Below are positions 39,773-53,127 of a stretch of 64,000 nucleotides of DNA, piece by piece (within the stretch, counting starts at the first letter, position 1; every line of letters begins with the position of its first letter). Origin of the DNA: Rotaria socialis (lineage: Eukaryota); NCBI GenBank assembly GCA_905331295.1, contig CAJNYD010000002.1, positions 1 to 64,000 on the forward strand, read 5' to 3'. A program made the position numbers and the translations under genes. The notes below the pieces were generated by a model that did no database searches, was not told the origin of the DNA, and worked only from the letters and a program-made list of their open reading frames with translations.

Positions 39773-40299
39773 TCGATCACTAGATGACTGGGAAATCAGA
39801 TACAGAATAATAAACACAACGCTAATTTTTTTGCCCTTATATATGGCTCAGATGCCTAACGGTTAAAAAGTAAAACAAAAGCTTTTCTTCTTTGTCATAA
39901 TTATCAATTTCTTCCGTTTCTCTAGCTTATCACTTGATATTCTGTAAACAAACTTGTCAAGTGAAACAGGAAGCCAAGAGAATTATTAGCTAATTGTAAT
40001 TATTCAAAATGACATATCTCAAAATTTGAAACAATCCAGCTGCTTTTGCTTATTATCTTGACGAGGAGAAAATCAGTTAGAGCTTTACTGGTTACTAATC
40101 TTTGTTTGTCTTTCAATTTCAAAACAAAACGTTAAATGGATTCATTTTAGTTGATGTTTTTGTGTTTCATGTGTGGTACTTATTCATTTATAATGAACAG
40201 TTCTATTGAAAATGAGAAAAAGAGTCATTGAGTTATCAATAAAGAAGATCATGAGCAATGAATCATTTTCATTGATGTAAAAACAGAAAGTCTGTTATT

Positions 40300-40700
40300 T
40301 CATGACATCTATTTGGATGGATAGTAATAGACCTACTGGCCCTTTGTTTTCCTTTTTCAACAATATAATATTAATTTCGATGCTTTCTTTTCTCTTTATA
40401 TCAATGGTTATATAAAAAATAAATAAAAAGGTTAAGTTCTTCTAATTTTGAACTTAAGCCTAAGAAAACATCGACATATATGTTGTAGTGGAAATTAAAA
40501 TTCAGTAGAATTTAAAATCCTACTAGTAGAAATTGAAATTTTAGTTTCTACTATAGGTAAAATTCAGTAGAATTTCAATTTCTACTAGTAGAATTTTAAA
40601 TTCTACTGAATTTTAATTTCTACTGCGACATATATATTGTTCTAAAACGAAAAGAAAAGAGCAGTAGGTCTACTGCTATCCATTCAAATAAATGTCATGA
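40300..40700. mobile_element. Old MITE (~40-bp TIRs) containing a nested MITE
   Basis: TCATGACATCTATTTGGATGGATAGTAATAGACCTACTG pairs with CAGTAGGTCTACTGCTATCCATTCAAATAAATGTCATGA. Confidence 0.65.
40481..40630. mobile_element. 150-bp palindromic MITE in a TA run
   Basis: Near-perfect fold-back TGTTGTAGTGGAAATTAAAATTCAGTAGAA / TTCTACTGAATTTTAATTTCTACTGCGACA, flanked by TATA. Confidence 0.8.
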
Positions 40701-41287
40701 TATTAAAACAACTCACTCGCTTAATTTGATATTCACTAAGTAGGAAAAAGATATTATAGAAATAAAAATGGTAGGAAATCAACATGAACGTAATTGATTG
40801 TCTTGATATTATCTATTATGATAAAATTATGGCAAGTATTCATTGATCATCATCTATTACATTTGTATACGCATAACGACCATTCAAAAAAAGAAAGACG
40901 ATTCATCGATAGAATGAAAAGAATAAAAATTGGTGACAACGTCTGTTCAAAAAGACATTCATTTAGTAAAACATTAAAAAAAATTCGTTAAAACAAAACA
41001 AAAATAACTAGCTAAAAAAATGTCTAAAAGTTTTTGTACAGAGTAGCTATCCTTCGCTACAAATGTATCATTCATCCACCACCATGTGTTTAGTGTATCG
41101 ATCCGTTCAAATACTGTAAGAAGAAAAAGACAAATAATTTATTCTGGTAAGCAGGAAAATGGAAATAAGCGTACTTTCAAAAATTTTAATGTTTTGTGCC
41201 ATTATTTGTTCTGAAAGACGCCGAATGAATATTTTGAAAAATTTCTAAATAAACAAATAAAACAGTCTAGATCAATTTGATTGTAAC

Positions 41288-41632
41288 CTAATTGCATACC
41301 ACATCGAGAAATCGATCGATGTATTTCCCAAATGCAGCATTAACAAGATCAATGAATTGTTTTGGTGGAAATGGTCGAAATGGAAGTTCAGATTCAATAG
41401 AATTCGGCGGACGATATCTAGCAAGTGAAATATTCTTTATTGATTTTGCTTTTCGAAGCGCAAAATATGTTTCTTCCTCTTTTCGAAAAAAAAGGTAGAA
41501 AATTGATTTTCCAGTTTTTGATGTAACGCGGCGAAACTTAAAATATTTTAATTGCTGATGGAGTATGCCAGACATATCTTTATTTTTTATTTCATTATCA
41601 GTTCGATTATTTAAAACTAGTCTGCATTCCAT
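41288..41632 (-). CDS. Small basic protein, possible RRM-like fold
   Basis: Pattern RLVLNN...KSIFYLFFRKEEETYFALRK recalls RNP1 followed by helix 2. Weak evidence. Confidence 0.35.
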   Translation of the reverse strand: MECRLVLNNRTDNEIKNKDMSGILHQQLKYFKFRRVTSKTGKSIFYLFFRKEEETYFALRKAKSIKNISLARYRPPNSIESELPFRPFPPKQFIDLVNAAFGKYIDRFLDVVCN

Positions 41633-44600
41633 AGTTGATTTTACTAAAATTATAGAGAAGTGTCATACACAAATATATAAGCTAGTTGAGTTCTTCTTAC
41701 GAATGACTTTAAGAACTAAACCATATATTATCACACTAATGATACAAAGGAAAAGTATACATAAAAGATAAATCACAATGAGTGTTCGATAAAATATTTC
41801 TGAAGAAACATTCAGAAAAAGACAGAAATATGAATCCTTAGAACACCTTATAATACTATACAAAAATATTCCACTGCATGAAGAATTAATTAATACTTTT
41901 AGCCTTTCTATGTTAATAGCAAATATAAATATTATACGAATAGTTCATTACATATATAGATGCTTTAGCAAGATTCTAGTAAATAGAAGTAATAGATCGC
42001 TACATTTTTTTTCTTTGTACATTAGTATCTGTCTTTGAACTTAATCAGCGAAGAAAAAATTGTATTAGTTGTACAATATTACTTAATCACTTTTTATAAA
42101 CAGTCCTCACAGTAGGTGGTCTGCGTTTCCTCCTTTTCTCCGGCAGATTTTATTCTGATATAACATGCTCTCTTTCAACATAATTAATTGAATTTTTTTT
42201 CTATTTTTTTTCTATGCAATAGTGGCATCAGTATCTGGTATTTTTCTAAAATTTTTCTCGATAGAGGACTAGAAACCTAGTACTGTATCACCTTAGGAGT
42301 AAGTCTACCTTATTGTAAGTTTAATTTCATTAGTACATTTAAATATCATCAAATACGATCAATAGTGCTAGTGTAGTTATCAGTTTTTTTTTCATATAGT
42401 ATGCACTGGTTCCATATTTTTACATTATTGATGTTTGATTTCAAAGCTTTTATTTCTTTCTTTCATTTTGACAATTCATTTCCTGATCTAATTTAACGCT
42501 CACGATGTAACACTTCTTATTCATCGAGAATCAGTTTCAATCATATTAGATGAAATTCAATTCGATCTATTTAACTCTTGCCTTTTAGAGCTAATGTCAT
42601 GTGTCTTTCCTGGTTTGCTTAAATTTTTTAGTCATCTTTAGGTAGACCCATAATAATTCCACTCAATTGTTTTATTCTACTCAGTTTAGTATGTCGTTTT
42701 TTCGAATATTAACTGTAGTTCAATGAAGCGAGAGCACACGAGTTGAGGCATTCGCTTTGAAACATCATATACAGATGAAACATATGATAGTGATTTCTCT
42801 ACGGTCTAAACACAAGGTTCAATTATGTTTCATTTCTCCATAAGAAAAGTAATAGTAACGTCACACTATTTCTACTAAAAATGACTTTCTATTTCTATCA
42901 TTTTGACTGCACACGATAAATCGATACATGAAAAATCTCGAAACATGATTTTTACGTATGAGTCAAAATAAAAACATAAAATGATAGTGTTTATAGAAGA
43001 ATAATTAGTTTTTTTTTCTAACATCAAGTGTAAAAGATATTTATAAAACAGTGCCAAAACGGCTCGGTGTCCACAACGGATCGGTTTACATTTTATTCAA
43101 AGTTATACATACTTGAGATTATCTTAAATGCTACTTGTTATGGTATGAGTGCAATTGCAAAATAAAACCTTAAATAAAAATGAGCAAGTCTTATAGTACA
43201 TATAACTAATGCCAATACATACTAAATATGTTTGACTATGATGACGTGCTTTAATAATTATGATGATAAAAGTAGAATGTAAATGTAATATACGAAGTTA
43301 TTAACTCGAAGTGAATTTGTTGAACGAAACTGAAATTACTGTAGGAATCGATCTCTATTTATAGTCCACCTTTTGTTTATCTTTGTGATGAATTTTCTTG
43401 AAGTCCTATTGGACATTTACTATTCATCTAAGAGAAATTCTGACGAATCATACAGTTATTTCTGCTTTTCATCTTAGCTCTTTGAAGTTTTAGAATAACA
43501 AATCAACAAGATCCTATCAATAAGTTTATCTTGTAAACAAATAAAAAGCCATTTTCAGCATCAGATCTCTATAGTCTTTCATTTCGATTGATTTTATTCT
43601 TCGAATTAAGAGTTTGCTGTCAGAAGAAATTCGTAAAAATGACATGCATCAAGCTTGGAATATCTATATTATTGTTTGAGTGAAATATTTAACTTTGAAT
43701 CATCGCTTGATATTTGATACATATGAAACTAAAACAAAGTAATCCTACTAATATTCTGTCTATGAATACACACTATAATAAATATATAAACCTATTTTAA
43801 TTTGTTTATAATATTACGGCCGTTTTGAAAAGAAATTCTTTATATAAAAACAGAAACTTCATATGATAACATGTATCTTTAAATGCCACATGGATACACC
43901 TTTCGTTCACTTCAAAGATGAAGTCTGATAATGTTTAGATGCGAAAAATATTCTGATTTTGTGCTCTTTTTACGTGGATAAGTAGACAAGCTTATATCAA
44001 CTTCTTCATTAACAATTTTATGATAAACATTGAGATGATACAAAAATTCTTTTAGAAAAATCTACATACATCATCACGAAAATCAATCTAGTATTGAAAT
44101 CATCTAAAACTGTGATGTTTTCTTATTCAATGATTATTTTTGTGTTGAAAAACCTCTTTAAATTCAAGATAAAACTGATGTGAATATTTTCATTATTCAA
44201 TGCTGATTGATCAATTTACTTATTGTTCTATATGATAAAACTTTGATTTTTATGAAATGTTTTTCAATATTTAAGAAAGCTACTAATGTGCATAACACTC
44301 TGTAATTGACCATAAGTTAGAACGATGAGTTTTTAAATACTAATAAAAAAAATGGTCAAATAATTAGCTTGAACGTTGATTAAATAGATAGCCAAGCTTT
44401 GGTAGTGAGACATCGAATAGATTTCAATGACAGACTCCATGCTTTCATATAATACCATGCTTATCTCAAACATCATAGAAAAAAACATCAATTTGTGCGA
44501 GCACAAACAACAAAAGATGTTAATCACAATTAGTTTATTGTTGCTGATTGCATTTCGATCAGTATTCTTAATGCTTGCCATATCAACTCTGATACAATAT

Positions 44601-47371
44601 ATTATTGTGTTCATAGTACTTGACATTTTCTTTTATATTTTATAAGATCTATCGAAATAAATATGATGTAAACATTTTTATAATGACGAGAATCGATTTC
44701 ACAAAAGAAAATGATCGAATATCATTAAAAATATATTTTCTAATACAAACATGTATATATATAATCTCTATTTGTTGATTTTTCTATTCGATATGTAAGA
44801 AAAAAATTCAGTCTAGCTATATCATGATGCAAGATTATATATTTTTCTGGAAAATTCACAATATTAATTTTGTTTTATCGCGGATTACTTTATAGAATGA
44901 AATATAATTGTATTGAATCGATGTTCATTCAAGCTTCACAAAAAAAATTCATTGAAAACGTATCAGCTATAAAAGCACGTGTATATAAATATTTTATTTG
45001 TTTGAAAATGGATATCTGATACAACAATCGTTGTTTCCGTTATCAATTATAAGAGTAACATATGATGATACAATCATCATGTATTGTTGAAAAAGCACAG
45101 ATACTCAAACATGTTCATCGTAATGTAATCGGTTGTTTTATTTTGCTTATCAAGTGTCACGTCAAATGACATGTATGTATAAGAATACTTTCAAACCTAA
45201 CGATTCAAAATTTACTTAATAATGAGTCAGATCATGCCGATATTATAAATTGATGTTTTTGAAAAAGAAAAGAATAACTAATTAAATAATTGTAAACCTA
45301 TCAACTCATTTTTTAAATGCATCACTTTATAAATAGAAGTCAATGTGAAATATTTATTTATCCATGTATTTGACTTGTGCATTTCAGAAGAAAAAAAAAT
45401 TGAATGATTATGTGCGAAACTCTCACATGTTTTACTTTTCATTCAAATGTGATATCATTTTATTCAGCTATATATGAGAGTAGACGAAATTATGTGCACG
45501 AATGAATAAAGCGTTTTACAAAAAATAAAATTCCTATTTATTCAATAAATAGCTCTTCGATATTTTTCTAACAAAGTACAGCATCACATGAAATGAGCTA
45601 TAATATAATCTACACCTTTGATTCGAACCTTTAACTGATAGATAAAGATGATAACAGTATTTTCTGAAGATTTGTTAATTATGTAGTGATATGGATGTTA
45701 AACTTATTTAGTTGTTCTTTTCTATACTGTATCGTCGATTGAAATAATAAATGAGCTTCAACCTATGTGCCTGCAATTTCTACGGTGATGACGATAAGAT
45801 TATATATTATCATTGAAAAATCAACAACTAATAAAGTCATCATCAATCTCTTTTTTTCCCGATTAGTTACTGAATGAATTCAAATAAATAGTGAAAATCT
45901 TAGTGCATAAGTACCTCAAGTAGTCTCTAATTCATGAAACGGAAATCGAAAAATACTAAAAGTGAATTAATTATGTTAGATATGTCTATCTGTACTTCTT
46001 GTTAATTGATCTGATGTGTGATATTTTAAGTTGATATAATAATCTCTGTATATAAGAACGTATAAACACTGACAATATAAAGAGCATTAGGAATTAATTA
46101 TGTCAAAATATTGAAGTGCTATATTGACTATCGTGCAACTGTTCTCTTGTCATTTGAGATACTATGTTAAAAGAAATGTATATGAGAACGTGACATAATC
46201 TTTCAATTTTAATACGAATTCTAGAAAAGAAAAGAGATCAGATTTTCTTTGAAATTTGTCAGCGTGGTGGGGACACGAAAGGTCTTTTTTTCGATATTAC
46301 TGTTATATTATACGATAGCTTAAGTTGAAATAGTGATTTTCTTTTGAAAAACGTATTCGAAGCTCTTAAAATAATCATGATCAAGTGGTCGAACGTTGTC
46401 GAATTCATCCCATAAATATGAGTTTTTTTCTTCAGTGAACTGTTAAATTAAATGACCGTGTACATAAAATACTCCAGTGTAAATGTATTTGACTTCTGCA
46501 CTTCAAGAGAAACACTAATAAAAAAAAGCATGATTGAAAATCAAGGAATAACAGATGAAATGTATAATTATGTTATTTTAAAGAGTTGGAATTCGCTAAT
46601 TAAGTTGTCTTTGAACATAGAAAAAAATATAATTTCTTTCAATCAATCAAATATTTCGAATAAGTCAGCGATATTTTTTTTCTTTTGAATCAAGCCATAT
46701 AACGCAAAATAGAAATGGAAATATTCTTGGATTGACCGATGAAATTTTTTTTATTCTTGAAGGAAAATCATATATCACCGTTAACGATTCATCAGCTGTG
46801 TAGAAATCTGAATGTTCTTTTTTATTTTAAATTTATGTCATACTTCTGAGACTCGTGAAAGATTATCTTAAGTTTATAGGTTGTTTGTAGACACATTTCT
46901 CGTCTTTTTTTGTTGACTAAGGTGTTCCAAGGTTTGATATTTTTGTGATACTTGATGATGCCGCTCATTAGTGTACAGAATTTCAAAGCGTTTTATGTGA
47001 AATATTTGAAGAAAAGCATATCTCCCATCGTAAATTTTTACTATAAATATTTTTAACTTGTATCACTTCATCTTCCGAGATTTTCCCAACGATAGTATCC
47101 GAAGACTGACGAAAGATGAATAACATACACCGTTGATATTTTCAACATGCTTAAACTAAAATTTCAAGTGGTACCGCTGCCAAAACATAAAAAGAGATTA
47201 TAAATATATGTTGGAGTCATGTTTGCCTTTTATTATGAGTTGAAAAAAAACAGACATTGATATTATCATCCACATATTGCTCCCTATAAATACGTGTTTC
47301 AAAATCAGTTGTGCCACATTTTCTCATCGACTATTACGATCATACACACTTGCTTATTTTTCCAATTTAAC

Positions 47372-48823
47372 ATGACACCTGCCGTGACTCACTTGGCAAA
47401 TCTTAGAAGATTGAAACGTGGTGGCTTCAGTATTGGTGGCTCTGAGAATAATCCCACAATCACGGGAACGCAAAATGTAGTTAGTATTGGCACGGATTCA
47501 TCGTCGTCAGGACAAGAAACGTTAATTCGGAAGGCTGGACATCAAATAGGCAGAGTCTTTGAAGGTGGTGCTGATCTAGTGACTGCTCCGGTGAGATGGC
47601 TTACTCATATGCAAGAAAATTGGTAAAAAAAATTTTTTTACTTATACTTAAAATGTATACCGATCCGTTATGGACACTTAGCCGTTGTGGCACTCTATAT
47701 TGGTCAGTAAAATATACTTGACTACTGCTGAAGTAATAGAAACGAGAGATGCACAATTATGTATATGCGATATAACTTCCCAATGAGAAAATTATCCATT
47801 TCTTACTAAGCTTTATTATCCTTCTTATTTAAACAGTGAGCATCCTTATTATCAATAGCTCTTAAGAATGATTTTAATTAAAATATCTGTTATGTTTTTC
47901 TCTGTAAACGACCAGTAAGAAAATGAGAGCAGAAGAAAAATGATGCATTGATTTTGACGAATAGCTAATACATTTGCCGAACTGTATGTATATATATACG
48001 AGAGCGAAAGCAGAAGGTGAACTAGAGTGAGAGAAAATGATTATCTGTTCCACTAACAATTCTTTTGAGTAGTAATAAAAAAGTGTGAAAGAAGAAATTT
48101 CGTACAATCTTTCGTTCAAAATAGCTTTACTATTTATTATGGATTATACCAGACAAAAATTTGCGCAGGATCGTTTACACGATGTTAAAATAAAACATAC
48201 GAGTCGACTTATTAACGATACTCACTATAATAAACTAGAAGCAAATCAATAGAAACACGATTATCAAAACAGAATGAGAGAATCTTTTAAAATTTATTGT
48301 TTTACGATCCATATAGACAAATGGCAGTATAATTTCATACATAGACAGAGAGAGAGAAAGAGAAACTATCTTAATTGCATATATCGGTGCGCGTGTAACA
48401 TTAAATAAAAACACTGTAGACGATTATAAACATGATCATTTTAAGAGAAAGACACAACTTTCTCATAGCTTATTTTACCTCCATGAATCATTTCTTTGAA
48501 AAAGAAATCTTTATTTAGTCGAGCTTTTGCAAAACTAATACGTCATAGGTTAAAGCTTTTAACGTGTGATTGTTTGCTTTTAATATGAGTTTTTTTTTCT
48601 CAAAATTCGCGTTTTTCTTAGGTTAACATATCTTGTCTGCATAACGATACTATTAGTTTGTTCGTTGATCATATACTACTGCATTCGTCGAAAAATATCA
48701 TCATTCTTGTCTGGTAATGCAACACGTGTAATGCCACGATTAGCCGATATGGTATCCCTCGAAGAACGAGGAAATAAAACATTTCGTCCTGCTCTCAAAC
48801 CTGATGCATGGAACTTTTTTTGA
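47372..48823 (+). CDS. Two-exon 150-aa single-pass membrane protein, FAST/env-like
   Basis: Exons 47372-47622 and 48622-48823 join in frame: ...RRLKRGGFSIGG...ITGTQNVVSI...GHQIGRVFEGGADLVTAPVRWLTHMQENW|LTYLVCITILLVCSLIIYYCIRRK...WNFF*. TATAAA at ~47285. Confidence 0.65.
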
Positions 48824-49593
48824 TTGATTTCAATGCAGAACACTGGGGGCCGTTATAAAACAATTGATTCTTCTTTTATGTTAACGTTTTTTTGTGTTGT
48901 TTGATTTTTCGTAGTATCACACATTTTACTCATTTTAATCTCTTTCAAGCGAATCCATGGTAACAGATCCATCTTTTTCTGTTTCTCTGAACGCACAATA
49001 ATATCTATCTACTGCATATTTCACATATACAATAAAACATCATCATCAGTCTCAACTTTAAGTAAATATTGCTATTGACAATGTGTATATATCTATTATA
49101 AAAAGAAATTGATAATGAAAAAACAGTTATCCTCAGGTATTTTTATGAGTTCATTTAATAGATTTACTCCTTACTGCCTCACAGTGATAGATAATGATAG
49201 AATTTCATGGTAATTTTTATTTTCATCGCAAAATTTTGCTTTATATTCAATGAATCTCAGTCATTTTTTGTTTTCGATGATGCTCACGCTGTCAACACGA
49301 ATGTCTAATGAGCATAGATCAGCTATAGAATTTGTCTTCGTCAAGAATCATCGCATATTCTCATTCTTTCTCGTTTTGCTCTTCTTCAAAGTATATGATC
49401 AAGATGGATGTACATTGAGAAGGTCAAACGTAGAACAAAAAATATTGACCTATGAGCGAAGAAGTTATTTCAATAACAATGAGCGGTCAATAGATAATAA
49501 TAAAATAGAAGCATATACTTGGGGCGTAGACGGTGGATAGAAGCAGTTGAGATAAAAAGAAAAGGAAAGCACATCACCTTTTTGTTCTTGTAG

Positions 49594-49869
49594 ATGTATA
49601 TTAACTGTGCTCGACACCAAGTCTCAATTCATGGGAACAATAATAAGGTCAATATCCATAGCCCACAAGATGATCTTAAAACAAATTGTAATTGGTTTCT
49701 GGACGATGAATCCACGAACATCATCATGATTTCTATTATTGTCTTTGTTTTGCTGATCTGTATTATTTGTTATTGTTGCTGTTGTTGTCCTCATCATCTT
49801 CATGTTTACCATAACTCAAAGCTTTCTCCGAAAGCAACCGTTAAAACATTTGAAAATGAAAATTCTTAA
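49594..49869 (+). CDS. 91-aa single-pass membrane protein with juxtamembrane poly-Cys
   Basis: VSIHGNNNKVNI motif, then TM IIMISIIVFVLLICIICY and CCCCC. The ATG follows an AG acceptor, so an upstream exon is possible. Confidence 0.6.
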   Translation: MYINCARHQVSIHGNNNKVNIHSPQDDLKTNCNWFLDDESTNIIMISIIVFVLLICIICYCCCCCPHHLHVYHNSKLSPKATVKTFENENS

Positions 49870-52753
49870 CATATTTACTTAAAAACTCACGAACAACAAC
49901 AAAAAAATTGGATTTTTTTATAAATGTTTTCAAATAAATCTTGTCAAAAAGTAGCATTACACCAAGATCATTTTAATTGACATATAACAATCGAGTACAC
50001 GCTTTATAATAAGGTTTAAAATAAATACTTTTATAATTTCTTCCGTCTAAATTGAACGCAAAAAAAGAATTCTTTCTTTCAGCATGCTATACTTCGTTAT
50101 ATATTGCTTAGTCACTGAATAAAAAAATCTTCATATCATTCTGACGAGGTTTCAAAATGTACATTCTGACAATCAGTACAGTTAATTATCTGTCTGCGCT
50201 GAGATATCGAAAAGATACTTCTACCTGCAAAAACAAATTTGAACCAAAATCTATCATCAATCAGAATAATTCATCGTTTTTTTCTAATTTTTTCTATATT
50301 TTTATTCCAAAAAGTACGAGAAAAAGAAGCAAATTCGAATGTTTACAGTTTAATGGCCATACATAATTCAATAAAAACTCAACAATGTTAATGTGAAATG
50401 ATACCAAGTAGATAAATTTTAAGCGATATATTTATGTTATTTTTTTGGATAATTATTATAAAACGATGAATTCCATTCAAATGAAAAATAAGTCATTGTC
50501 TACAAATTTCTGTCTTCTCTATTTCCCTCGCGTTTAAAAATTATTTCTAGTTTAAATATAGGGTGAGGGTGTGTCTTTTCAATTCCCATATCAGAATAAA
50601 AACAGAAAAAAATAAGAGTCGACTATACAGAGAATGGATTCTATTCAATTACAACAAAAAGTTAAGAATATCACTATTAAAACTTAGCAGATTATTAGTT
50701 TATCAATATTTTTTCGTTTTGTTAGAATGACTTTGAAATGGCGAATTTGTTTGAATCGTAAATTATTATTTAGTGAATTTTTTTCCTTCATATATAAACA
50801 GTTGATGAAGTATTCTTTTACAGAAACAATTTCTACAGCTAGTTATGTGTTTTTATTTGAAACGTCTATTAAAGATATGAATTCGAAGATAAAACTGTTT
50901 CGCTATAATGCACTCCTTATGTTAATGAGAATAGCTTTAATAAAAAATTCAATCATTGACGATAAGATTATTTGATTTTATATAAGTAGATTTTATATTT
51001 GGCTCAAAAAATACTTCTTTAATATTAGGGTATGCCATAGAAAATATTTTTTTATTTATTCTGAGAGTAAGAATGGGAACGTCTGATCACCTAGTGATGC
51101 ACGTGGTGATGTGTTTTTTGTCGTACAGAAACATATCTACGCTGATCCAATTGAAAGAAAAAAATGATAAACGCAAATAGCTCAGAATATTTATTATTTT
51201 TATTTCAAATCTCGTGTAACTGAAAATGAAATTCTCTTAATACAACATACTGTAAAACTCATGACAGATAAATAAATGTTTCGCGATGCACTGAAAATTG
51301 CTTTACGATTCTGATTTTTGGAGATTGTTCGTTTCCATTGAAGTTATGTTTATTAATTTCTTTTGATTTTCAAATTGAAATGCATAAATTATGCTCAATA
51401 GATTAAAACGTTGCTTTTATCTATCCAAAGGAGAACACATGTTATAACATAATCAGATTCATAAAATTTCATGTTCACAGATACGTGAATTAAAACGTGA
51501 GTAAGTCAAAGGAAAAAAGATGCATTTAATAACTATTTATATTCGAAGAAAAAAAGATTAAGTCTTGAAAAATGAAATAAATGAATGAAATATATAACTT
51601 TGATGATGAAGTATTTTATAAAACTATTTTCGAATAGTATGTATAAAAGCACATGTATAAATACAAATCTCCATTTATGTTCTCTCGTCGTTTTCAATAA
51701 TGAATTCTCTCATTCGATTGACATTAGATACAAAAAAATTGCATACTTACTATTGACTTTTATGCTTGGAACAGCCATGAGTTTTATCTTAGAGTAACTG
51801 ATTATTCTCGTGAAAATCTATGTACTGGTACTGGTCGTATAGAAATTTTAGTTTTCGGATCAATCGATAAATACTCAAAACATGAAATTGATGTTACAGA
51901 AACATATACTAAGTTAAAGATCTAATAAATATAAATAAAATGGAAAACAAAACGTTTTAAAGAACCATTCTATCTATTTTGAAGTAAAAAATCAGATAAA
52001 TAAGCACTCAATGTGTTTTCGTCATGTTCTCTCTTTTGTATTCATCTTGTTTCGAGACATGCATATCGTACACATGAACGCCAATTCATTCATATATCAT
52101 GCAAAAAAACATAAAATAAATTAGTGGATGAAACGAACGAAGAGAAAACTACCGCAGCTATTGCTGTGGAAATGTAAAAAAAACATTTTGTAATAATATT
52201 TTTGAATCCTCAAAAAGGGGGTATAGATATCTGCTGAGCTGAATATCTTCGGTACAGACTAATTCAACATGGATGTAAAAAAAAATTCTTCATGTAGTAT
52301 CAACTGAATCTAATTTCAATAAACTGAGATATAAAATATTTCAATCTGAAAACAGGTGATTTCAGACTATTACTAATAGAATTTCAACTTGAAAAATATA
52401 TTCAATCAATGATTTTTGCATTTCAACAGCAATCTCCAATAGAAAAGGGGAACAAACGGCGCATTTTATTGTCACGTGCTATGCGATTCTTCAGATGCAT
52501 GCAGATAAGTAGTGAAGAAAGTTTCTACTCGCTCAGATCATCAATTTTTTCTGATTTTATATTTCAAAGTAGACAAAAATTTTTTTTTTGAGAGAATTTG
52601 TGCTGCCATTGAATTGAGAATTAATGTCACACACTAGAAACGAATTTAGGATTCATATTAATATTCCTAAAATTACTTGTTCGCACATTTTCACGTGACA
52701 AAATCGCGATTTGTTTTAGTTTAGATACTTTATCATTGTATATTTAAAAGAAA

Positions 52754-52970
52754 TCTTTTTTTCGAAAAAGTCTCTCTCTCTCTCCCCTAAAAAAAGGAAA
52801 AAGCGAAATTTCAAAAATCTGACAACGCCATCGTGTTCCCCGACCCCGACTCCCTTCGGTCAACCCTTATAGGATCTATCTTTTTTTGTAAAAAAGTCTC
52901 TCTCTCCCCTAAAAACAGGAAAAAGCGAAATTTCAGAAAACTGACAACGCCATCGTGTTCACCGACCTCG
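52754..52970. repeat. Two ~125-bp subterminal tandem repeats at the Helentron 5' end
   Basis: AAAAAGTCTCTCTCTCCCCTAAAAA..GGAAAAAGCGAAATTTCA...CTGACAACGCCATCGTGTTC.CCGACC occurs twice. Confidence 0.85.
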
Positions 52971-53127
52971 AATAACCTTTGGTCATACATATCGCAAGAG
53001 AAATTGCTTGATGTTAGGTTAGTTTATATATCTGCTTTTCTATTGGACGAACGAACATACGAACGAACGAACATACAAACGAACTGCGCGAGCTTACTCT
53101 TCGTCTAACCCTCCTTTCAGTAGAGGG

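Larger units (their letters stand above)
19435..53127 (-). mobile_element. Candidate giant Helentron/Helitron2 (~33.7 kb) with cargo genes
   Basis: 3' end: CAAG, hairpin GCGACA-TAAG-TGTCGC and subTIR CCCTCTACTGAAAGGA (19435-19477). 5' end: inverted TCCTTTCAGTAGAGGG (53112-53127) with an (ACGA)n microsatellite and tandem repeats. A co-oriented RepHel gene lies inside. The two flanks are not one contiguous target. Confidence 0.65.

Noticed and set aside
42000..47200. Short ORFs in the AT-rich interior
   Set aside because: No recognisable domains, and some coding-like stretches carry stops. Treated as decayed or non-coding.
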